DNA from: an uncultured Clostridia bacterium
Lineage (GTDB): Bacteria > Bacillota > Clostridia > Christensenellales > UBA1242
NCBI GenBank assembly: GCA_947625955.1
Contig: CANQQH010000002.1
Coordinates: 1 to 33,645, forward strand
Length of the DNA: 33,645 nt
Reading direction: 5' to 3'
In this document: piece after piece, positions 26,360-33,645 of the stretch
Layout: every line of letters begins with the position of its first letter
Numbering within the stretch: position 1 is the stretch's first letter
Position numbers and translations under genes: made by a program
Notes under the pieces: model-generated
Database searches by the model: none
Seen by the model: only the letters and a program-made list of their open reading frames with translations
What the model was told of the DNA's origin: nothing

Positions 26360-29300
26360 TAAAGTTCTTTCCTTGTTTCCTTAGGCGCTTTGTATATGTT
26401 GCCCATAATATCAACATAATATTTTTCAATATTTGGCAGCGTTTTAACACCTAAATTATCTCTTTTGTAACACCTATCATGAGTAAGGACCTCAATGCTA
26501 GCATTTGCAATATTTGTTCCATTATAATATCCAAGCAACTCTTTCACCTTTATTTTATCTGGCTTCTTCGATAATGGATTATTAAATGTCTTAACACACT
26601 CCTTTTCTTCATTGAAGGTTAACTTTATTAGGTCGTTTTGATAAAGACTGAAACAAAATTCAAAACCATCATCAATTTCAGTCCATTCTTTTCCTATTTC
26701 CACAACTTTATTAGGCAATTTCTTTGCATAATAATCACTCACATAGACTGGACACAAGAAATATTTATTGGCCTTTTTGAAAACATCAACCCTTACCATA
26801 CCTCCGTTTGCCGCCGCCCCATTTGGAGTTTTCACATAGCTTGACGCTTTAACATAAGCTTTAACCTTTCTAACAACAGGCCCATCCGTTCCGTCCTTTC
26901 TAGGTTTTCTAAATTCTATGTTTGGCGTTATTTTCCCATTTTCAATCAAGTAATTTTTGAGCTTCAAATATAACAATCTATCACTTTCTGGTTTATAGTA
27001 ATCCTCAATAGATTGATTTGGATACTTATCCCCTTTCAAAGGAACAATTTCAGGTTTGTTTTTCACACTAAGATTTTCAATAGAAACACTCTTTATCAAT
27101 CTTTTTGTGTTTCCATACTCACGATCACTCATCATTGTTTCTTGGTGAATTGCGCCCGTCAGTTTTGTTGTTTTCATTCTGCTGATAAACACTGGCTCCG
27201 CACCCGCAGTCTCTTCTTCGCTATAACCAAGATTTATCAGTTCTTGTTTGTCGCTTTGCGAAAATTCATTGCGATAGTAGTCAACTTTTCCGCGAATTTC
27301 CAGTTCCTTCACGAAGTTCAAGTATGGCGGAGTTAACCTATCGCTCATCAAATCAATGCCAAGCTGTTCCAATTCATCTTTTTCTTGTTTATTCAAAACT
27401 TCACCAGTTTTCTTGCTGATGAAAACATTATGCTTATCATCAAAAACAAATTTTTCTTTCAGCATATTAAACTTTGTAATTTTTTGAATTTCGCTATTTG
27501 ATACTGTTGAAATGATGGCTGCGTCAATACAATGGTGAATATCACCATCATCACGAATTTTGTTGATACCCCAAAACTTCCTAAGATAACTTGTAACCGC
27601 CCCATTAACACTTCTTATAACATTCTTTTTTTCGCGTTGGCTTGGCTCAACTTTGAGGTATTTTTGCATGAGGTTGAGCATGAAACGAGAAATATATCTT
27701 GTATCGTTAAGATTGCGTTCAATAAAATATTTTTGTTGTTCTTCGCCATACTTTTCCTTTAACAACCTGGTTTCTTTTTCTCTATTTTTCAAAAGAACAA
27801 CACGCCCAACAAACTCAGCCCACTTGTTTTTATCATCGCCCATGTATTCAAACGGAGTTCTGTTGCCCTTGTTCTGGTTTTCCTGAGCCAGAACCAAAAC
27901 CTTATTATTAAAGCTATCATCCATACTTCTGCTGAAAGGCAAAATATGGTCAATTTGCACATAGTTTGGCTCGAAAAGTCTGCTAAACTCTATTGGTTTT
28001 CCACTATATATACATTTACCATTCTGCTCATTATACAATTTATATTTCAGCAAATCCAAGTAGGTCGGTTTAACAAGTCCAAATTCCTTTAAGTTCTCGC
28101 GCGCTTGATCGTTTTTTAGCAAGTTTTCATCTTGCCTTTTCTGCATTTTCTTTCTTTCAGAAAAGTCTCTACTCATATCTCTTGCAAGTTCGATGTTAAC
28201 TTGTTGAGGAGAACCATATTCCTTTATTATTGCATTGATGATTCTTAATGTTTGGTGAACCGCCCTTTTAACAACTGGAGAGGTTATATCTTCAAGTGTT
28301 TCATCAATTTCCTTGCCTTTGAGATATTTCATCTTTTCTGTTTCAAAGCTTGAATGATTATAGCCAGCACTTCTTGCTGCGATATCATATCTCTCGCCCT
28401 TTTCAAGATAAGGAATCATCTTCGTCATTGCAATAATACTCAAAGAACCAAACTGCTCAAAACTCAGTTCTTTAATGCTATTTTGCTGCTCAACAGAAAG
28501 CCCCTTTAACAAATCGCTGTTTTCAATATACTTTTGAATATTTTGCTCACTTTTATTATACGAAAGTATTGTTGCAACCTCGTCGATAAGTTGAATATTG
28601 TCATATGAGCTTTCCAGTTCCAACGCCTTCCTGATCGAATAACTCTTTGTCATACTAAAAAATGTTGCTTTTTCGCTTGACGCAACCAGTTCTTCATCAG
28701 TCAGTTCAACATCTCGCTTGCCTTGATATCTGCAAAGATTGAATCGCTCACTAGTTGGCAAAGACAACAACTTTCTTATTTGAGAAAATTTGAGCTGCTC
28801 TTTCTCCCTGATCTCTTTTATTAGAATATTTCGTTGTTCTTCTGTTAAAGGTTCATCATTGATTCTTAGATTGTTTATTTTCGAAAGCGCATTGAAATAT
28901 TCAAATGTATATGTTGCCTTTGGAGCTCTTGGTTCACCATTTTCGAACGTACACATTCCAACTTCGAATTTGGCAGAGTACGGACTTGGTTTCCCAGGGC
29001 CTTGATCAAATGTCCTCTGCGCAGAAAAAATACTAAGCACATTCTCAATGAATTGCTCGTCGATTTGAGGATAATACTCTTTTTGTTTTTCAAGAATTTG
29101 CCTTATTTCATCTTTTAGCAAACTTCTATAAAAGCAATTTTGGTAATCTCCTGAATGGTTTCTAATGTTATATATCTCGCGCCCGCATTGTTCAATCTTG
29201 AATCTATTGTCAAAATAAAGAGCTTCGCCGACAGTTTTGTAGCCTCCATCGGTCAAGAACTTCGTGTTGCTATTTAATGATTCAAGCAACTTTCCTTCTT

Positions 29301-29718
29301 CACTTCCACCATTCTTGCGATTACTTTCAAAGCCTCTTCTTTTGAGAATATTGAGAATTATTTTTATGATTTCTCCACAACTAACTTTTTCTTTTATAGC
29401 TTTTGAGCGCAACCAATAAACATCTTCATTGGAAACGCTGGCCAGTTGTTTTTCAACATCAACACCAAAAGTCCTTTGCAATAGTGCCTTCATTCTTTGC
29501 TTTCTCAACGCCTTTCTGCGCGTGCGACGACGCAATCCGCGCTTTTCGCGTCGATTTTTGGCAGTGCTCTCACCAGTCTTTTCCACTTCATTTGGACTAA
29601 ACGTCCTGACACCCAACTTTATTATTCTTGTTGGTTCTTCGGTTACAGGGTCATTTTCCAAAACAGCCCAACCAACACTTCCAACGCCAATATCTAAACC
29701 GATTCTATACTTATTCAT
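26359..29718 (-). CDS. cas9: Type II-C Cas9 (1119 aa), catalytic motifs intact
   Basis: RuvC-I GLDIG, Arg-rich bridge helix, RuvC-II IELAR, HNH IDHILPFSRS.DDS..NKVL...N..K, RuvC-III HHCIDA; no csn2 or cas4 in the locus. Confidence 0.97.
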   Translation of the reverse strand: MNKYRIGLDIGVGSVGWAVLENDPVTEEPTRIIKLGVRTFSPNEVEKTGESTAKNRREKRGLRRRTRRKALRKQRMKALLQRTFGVDVEKQLASVSNEDVYWLRSKAIKEKVSCGEIIKIILNILKRRGFESNRKNGGSEEGKLLESLNSNTKFLTDGGYKTVGEALYFDNRFKIEQCGREIYNIRNHSGDYQNCFYRSLLKDEIRQILEKQKEYYPQIDEQFIENVLSIFSAQRTFDQGPGKPSPYSAKFEVGMCTFENGEPRAPKATYTFEYFNALSKINNLRINDEPLTEEQRNILIKEIREKEQLKFSQIRKLLSLPTSERFNLCRYQGKRDVELTDEELVASSEKATFFSMTKSYSIRKALELESSYDNIQLIDEVATILSYNKSEQNIQKYIENSDLLKGLSVEQQNSIKELSFEQFGSLSIIAMTKMIPYLEKGERYDIAARSAGYNHSSFETEKMKYLKGKEIDETLEDITSPVVKRAVHQTLRIINAIIKEYGSPQQVNIELARDMSRDFSERKKMQKRQDENLLKNDQARENLKEFGLVKPTYLDLLKYKLYNEQNGKCIYSGKPIEFSRLFEPNYVQIDHILPFSRSMDDSFNNKVLVLAQENQNKGNRTPFEYMGDDKNKWAEFVGRVVLLKNREKETRLLKEKYGEEQQKYFIERNLNDTRYISRFMLNLMQKYLKVEPSQREKKNVIRSVNGAVTSYLRKFWGINKIRDDGDIHHCIDAAIISTVSNSEIQKITKFNMLKEKFVFDDKHNVFISKKTGEVLNKQEKDELEQLGIDLMSDRLTPPYLNFVKELEIRGKVDYYRNEFSQSDKQELINLGYSEEETAGAEPVFISRMKTTKLTGAIHQETMMSDREYGNTKRLIKSVSIENLSVKNKPEIVPLKGDKYPNQSIEDYYKPESDRLLYLKLKNYLIENGKITPNIEFRKPRKDGTDGPVVRKVKAYVKASSYVKTPNGAAANGGMVRVDVFKKANKYFLCPVYVSDYYAKKLPNKVVEIGKEWTEIDDGFEFCFSLYQNDLIKLTFNEEKECVKTFNNPLSKKPDKIKVKELLGYYNGTNIANASIEVLTHDRCYKRDNLGVKTLPNIEKYYVDIMGNIYKAPKETRKEL

Positions 29719-29790
29719 TAGTATCTCCTAAGCAACTATAATTAACGACATAATAACACACTTTTCATTCGTTGGCTAGTATTTTTCAAA

Positions 29791-29885
29791 CAAAAAGACC
29801 ACCTTCTCAGGTGATCACTTACTGGATGGGCTTTCGCCCACCATTATTTTAGTAACCTATTGAACTTTGGTATGGTATAAGTTAC
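29791..29885 (-). ncRNA. tracrRNA
   Basis: Anti-repeat at 29846-29880 (+ strand ATTTTAGTAACCTATTGAACTTTGGTATGGTATAA), hairpin TGGTGGGC-GAAA-GCCCATCCA, terminator GATCACCT-GAGA-AGGTGGTC-T5. Ends are approximate. Confidence 0.9.
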
Positions 29886-29891
29886 ATTTTC

Positions 29892-29920
29892 ATTTTATAG
29901 TATCTTTCCCCTTTTGTCAA
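29892..29920 (-). promoter_or_regulatory. tracrRNA promoter
   Basis: TTGACA, 17-nt spacer, TAAAAT immediately upstream of the anti-repeat. Confidence 0.75.
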
Positions 29921-30068
29921 TAATTTTCAAACATAATTTTTTTTCAATAAATTTTATTGCCGCTGAGCATACTAACACTAACCAGCGCAGAAAACAAATT
30001 TTATGATATTTTCTTTTTTTGCGTGCTTTTGCGAAAGTTTATGCTATAATGGCGGTGTGGAGAAAAAA

Positions 30069-30401
30069 ATGAAAGTATATAACAAACTTGTGAGGGATAA
30101 AATTCCTGAAATCATCGCTGCGGACAACGGCAGAATTTGCTCAACCAGAATAATGAACGACAAAGAATACTTGCTTGCACTCAACCAAAAAATGCAAGAG
30201 GAACTCATCGAATATCTTGAAAGTGGAAGCGTTGAAGAACTGGCGGATTTGGAAGAGGTTTTGCGAGCAATTCTCGACATCAAGAAAGTTCCGTATAGCG
30301 AATTTGAAGAGATAAGAAATTCAAAAGCAGAAAAACGCGGTGCGTTCAAAAAGAAGATTTTTCTTGAAAATGTGAAAGAACCTGATGAACCTGACAGATA
30401 A
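30069..30401 (+). CDS. MazG/HisE-like NTP pyrophosphohydrolase (phosphoribosyl-ATP pyrophosphohydrolase-like)
   Basis: YNKLVRDKIPEII, EEL.EY, EELADLEEV, K.EKRGAF. Confidence 0.88.
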   Translation: MKVYNKLVRDKIPEIIAADNGRICSTRIMNDKEYLLALNQKMQEELIEYLESGSVEELADLEEVLRAILDIKKVPYSEFEEIRNSKAEKRGAFKKKIFLENVKEPDEPDR

Positions 30402-30421
30402 CGGCTCAGTTTTCGTATAAC

Positions 30422-30449
30422 AAAAAGTCGAGCTTTCGCTCGGCTTTTT
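30422..30449. terminator. Bidirectional terminator
   Basis: AAAAAGTCGAGC-TTTC-GCTCGGCTTTTT. Confidence 0.75.
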
Positions 30450-30494
30450 GCTTTGAGAATTTATTCAAAACATTCATTTTCTTGGCATATTTAT

Positions 30495-30942
30495 TTATAT
30501 TTTATTCTTTCGCATCATGAAATGAGTTCGAGATTCGTCATATGTTTCAAAAGCCCAGCCTCTCATATAAGTGTTTTGCGGGATTAGATTTGAAAACGCG
30601 CAAAAGGATGACACAATTTTTGTGCTCTTTAATGATTTCTTTTAATATTGTTGTTCCTATTCCCTTGCCCTGCCATTTGGGCAAAATGCAAAGGTTCCCC
30701 TGCTCGTATTCGCCGCTTGGCAAAAACTTGCCATTTTTGAACCCAATTTCTTCATTGCCGCATAGGATAATCTCTATATTTTCTTTTTCATCCTTGAGAA
30801 AACTATCAAACATTTTGTGCTGAACTGCGTCGTCCCAACCGCCAAAATATTCATCAACATATTTCTTATAGCCGATTTTCTTCACATCATAAATGAAGTC
30901 ATAGTCAGCATCGCTATATTTTCTAAAACTAATTTTTTTCAT
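30495..30942 (-). pseudogene. GNAT acetyltransferase with C-terminal frameshift (extra base at 30549-30552)
   Basis: ILPKWQGKGIG...NPAKHLYERLGF* stops abruptly. Removing one T from the minus-strand T4 run gives ...GFETYDESRTHFMMRKNKI*, a typical final GNAT strand. Confidence 0.7.
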
Positions 30943-30988
30943 AATTACTCCTTCGACTTATTGCCTATACTCCATAAGAACTAAACGA

Positions 30989-31444
30989 TTATAAATTATA
31001 ATACTCTGTTGTGGGTTCGTCCAAAAAATAAATAAGACTATTTTGTGTTTTGAATTCTAGCCCTGAGTATGTGGGTTTTTGAACAAAATTAAACCTTTTA
31101 TCATTTTTATAGGTTTTGAAAAATATATCATAGTCTGTCACGCGAAAATCTGGCGCGGCAAGCCATGGCAGTCTTGTTTCATCAAACTTGCGAACTTTAA
31201 TGATTTTGAGCATCCCAAATTGAGTTTTTATAGGTTTATGAAACACATAAAAATTACCTCGTTCAGTTTCTTCTATCACCCTTGCAATCTTTTTTGCTTC
31301 TTCATCAAGCATGGCTTTATGTTCTTCTGACCTTGGAAAAATGTCAATAAAATCAACACCTTCAACATATTTTAGCGTTGAGATGTCTTTTTCGCAATCT
31401 TTCAAACATCCTATGATAATGCTATTAATATTAGAATAGTTCAT
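30989..31444 (-). CDS. Hypothetical protein
   Basis: 151 aa, GGGAGGA RBS. Confidence 0.75.
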   Translation of the reverse strand: MNYSNINSIIIGCLKDCEKDISTLKYVEGVDFIDIFPRSEEHKAMLDEEAKKIARVIEETERGNFYVFHKPIKTQFGMLKIIKVRKFDETRLPWLAAPDFRVTDYDIFFKTYKNDKRFNFVQKPTYSGLEFKTQNSLIYFLDEPTTEYYNL

Positions 31445-31514
31445 ATTTTTTTTCCTCCCTCAAAGTCACGAGTGTATATGTTAATATAAGATTCCTATTT
31501 GATTTTCATCCAGC

Positions 31515-32183
31515 TTACTTTATCTCAAAACTCCACCTGACGTGTTGGGCGGCAAAATATGGGCAGTGCTCTTTGTCTATGTCAGAGTCATGCTCAATGC
31601 CTTCCCAAGCAGCCCAAAATATTCTTCCGTTTTCAATGAACATCGACGCTTCAAAAATCCAATTTGGGTCATCGTCGGGGTCTATTGATGTTCCATTTCC
31701 CTTAATAACATTGGTTTCAACATCTCCATCACATTCGAAAAGAGCCTCTCCACCCCAACAAACAAATTTAATATATTGTTTGTTGCCCTTTTTGTATTTG
31801 TCTATCACGAGGGTATCATGGAACCACAACAGCGCCTCCATCACCCCGTCAATGTCCTTTTGGCTCTTTATCTCAAACCACTCTTGGAACTTTACCTTTA
31901 ATTGCATCTCTTTGCAGCGAGGCAATACCGATTCCAGGGGCTCAGCGTTAAGAATCCAATCATACCCACGATCTTCATCGCGCTCAATCCAATTCTCATT
32001 GCTCACGTCATAGATGAACACTTTGTGAAGAATTGCGCGATTAATCGTCTCAAAGACCGTGACTCTAATCAGCTTTTCGTTTGCCTCGTCCATGACAAGA
32101 AATTCTCGCTCTTCCTCGGTTTTATGAACGGCAAACACCTCTGCGTCATAGAACCCGTTTTTAGTCTTTATTCGTGCACGCAT
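31515..32183 (-). CDS. Hypothetical protein
   Basis: GGAGGG RBS before ATG 32183; promoter TTGACA-17-TACAAT at 32204-32232. Confidence 0.78.
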   Translation of the reverse strand: MRARIKTKNGFYDAEVFAVHKTEEEREFLVMDEANEKLIRVTVFETINRAILHKVFIYDVSNENWIERDEDRGYDWILNAEPLESVLPRCKEMQLKVKFQEWFEIKSQKDIDGVMEALLWFHDTLVIDKYKKGNKQYIKFVCWGGEALFECDGDVETNVIKGNGTSIDPDDDPNWIFEASMFIENGRIFWAAWEGIEHDSDIDKEHCPYFAAQHVRWSFEIK

Positions 32184-32255
32184 ACTTTTGCCCTCCAAAT
32201 ATGATTGTAACCGTGCATCAAGTTCTTGTCAAGCCAAACTGGCGGCATATTTGTT

Positions 32256-32313
32256 GCGTGACAAGTCACGCGAAAAGTAATGGCGTTCTGCTTTTCCGCC
32301 CGTTCGAATCCCT
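32256..32313. repeat. 58-bp direct repeat, copy A (hairpin plus tRNA T-loop-like GTTCGAATCC)
   Basis: Identical to 32765-32822. Confidence 0.92.
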
Positions 32314-32449
32314 AACCCCTTGGAGAGAGGGATTCGCTCCTCGTCGAAGTGCGAGCTTTGTGGCGGGCAATCACTTGTTCCGCCTCTCTATCGAACCGGC
32401 GGCACAACCAACCGCACCTAGCATCATCTTTTGGGTTAAAAGTCAATTG

Positions 32450-32490
32450 AAAAAATCGCCATACAGCAGTAGTGTTATGGCGATTTTTTT
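32450..32490. terminator. Intrinsic terminator-like hairpin
   Basis: AAAAAATCGCCATA...TATGGCGATTTTTTT. Confidence 0.65.
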
Positions 32491-32764
32491 CTTGCCTTTT
32501 ATTCCCAAAATCTAACGCAATCTGCTACCCTGGTCGATAGAATAAGTATAACAGGGTGAAACTAATAAAGGTTTACTTCGTTTCAGCCAGCCCCTTAAAG
32601 TTAACGCTACTCCTGTTGTGGATGTTATATAGTATAAAGCAGCAGATAGGGTGAAGATTATGAAATATGCAAAGAAAGAAAAAGCCTTAGACCTGTTTGG
32701 TCAAGGCTTTGCACTTTCTGTCGCAAATTTTGTGATATTCGCCCTATGTGCGTGAACTTTTGTC

Positions 32765-32822
32765 GCGTGACAAGTCACGCGAAAAGTAATGGCGTTCTGC
32801 TTTTCCGCCCGTTCGAATCCCT
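32765..32822. repeat. 58-bp direct repeat, copy B
   Basis: Identical to 32256-32313. Confidence 0.92.
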
Positions 32823-32877
32823 CAATTCACACTAGATAAAATGAAATCCGGACACAAGGTTCGGATTTCGTTTTATA

Positions 32878-32898
32878 TGGCGGAGAGAGAGGGATTCG
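32878..32898 (-). other. tRNA-Ser-like 3'-end fragment (att-like site); not an intact tRNA
   Basis: Minus strand CGAATCCCTCTCTCTCCGCCA followed by a terminator hairpin (32838-32874). The upstream sequence does not form a cloverleaf. Confidence 0.65.
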
Positions 32899-33162
32899 CT
32901 CCGCATCGCTATCGCGACCGCCCACTTCCGTGGGCTTGCTATCACGCCGGCCGCTAAAAACGCTCCACTGGAGCATTTTTTTAACGCGGCGTTCGAATCC
33001 CTCACAAACTTCGTGAGATAAAAAAATCGGGCATAAGCCCGACTTTTTTTATCTGGCGGCACGTCGGCATCCGAATTTGAACTAAATTTATATATCACAA
33101 AAAAGCGTTTTGCCATTAAATTTGCGCTAACTCAATTTAACTTATATCAGCATGGCATCTGT

Positions 33163-33545
33163 TTATATTTCAGTTGAGACCATTTTATAAGTACGATTTT
33201 TTGTGCTTACACTTTCTTTATAGATATTATAACCCTTTTCACGAGCTACATCAATTAAAAATTTTTGATTTGCTTGCGATATTTTACTTCCAAGATAAAT
33301 CGCCGTCGGCTTTTTTATTACAAAACCAATATCCTTTTGTAACAAAGTATAATCATTTGTATTAGTGTATATAATTCTCCATTCTTTTTCTTCCTTCCAC
33401 TCTTTTGCCTTATGAATTATAATCCTAGCCCAAATCAGTGAGTCTATCGGTCCAAGCATTTGTTGTTTGAAATCATTGTTTACTCCACCAAACATATATA
33501 TTAATAATTCATCTAATAAAAAAGAACGCAATATATTATGTATCT
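33163..33545 (-). CDS. DUF2971-like protein, C-terminal part only
   Basis: HKAKEWKEEKEWRII and KPTAIYLGSKIS motifs; no convincing start in the window. Confidence 0.6.
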
Positions 33546-33645
33546 TTACATTACCTTCTGAAACATATTGCGCACCTTGTCCAGGCGGCTGTTTGGACGG
33601 CGGGGCTGGATGACTGGCTTGCCGACAGCGGCCTGATACCCTTTC

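Noticed and set aside
29763-29974. Long-tracrRNA-style autorepression of the cas9 promoter
   Set aside because: An imperfect inverted repeat flanks the tracrRNA (about 29763-29780 / 29957-29974), but the would-be guide has seed mismatches, the repeat mimic is weak, and I saw no clear second promoter.
32878-33003. Possible intact tRNA gene
   Set aside because: Only the T-arm 3' half and acceptor end match; no D-arm or anticodon arm, and no matching 5' acceptor strand.
32832-33116. 94-aa minus-strand ORF (and 32174-32515 on +)
   Set aside because: They run through hairpins and repeats with no RBS or family motif; likely spurious.

Overview
Moderate-to-low-GC Bacillota DNA, most likely an uncultured, possibly spore-forming member of the Clostridia (inferred from gene content and promoter motifs). 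Left part (1-8.9 kb): the end of a DUF2130 gene, a small YjzC-like gene, and a surface-protein cluster. The cluster holds a BspA-type LRR protein, a TasA-like SipW-class substrate, a membrane-anchored protein, a SipW-type signal peptidase and a convergent Pmp-repeat/LRR adhesin whose promoter has a G12 tract between -35 and -10. Middle (8.9-18.3 kb): DUF1858, an AT-hook membrane protein, addA-addB, rplI and a DUF1540 protein. Right (18.4-33.6 kb): an accessory island of short, almost all minus-strand genes (four GNATs, two of them frameshifted; a deaminase, C39-like peptidase, UDG, ADP-ribosylglycohydrolase and MazG-like enzyme). It contains a complete type II-C CRISPR-Cas9 locus (tracrRNA-cas9-cas1-cas2, with 17 identical repeats plus 1 degenerate repeat) and ends in a cluster of tRNA-Ser-3'-end-derived repeats. 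The most notable observations are anti-repeat mimics inside the CRISPR array (leader and an oversize 42-nt spacer), the poly-G phase-variable promoter, the SipW fibre-like cluster and the tRNA-derived repeat region. All family calls come from motif recognition by eye; no searches were run.
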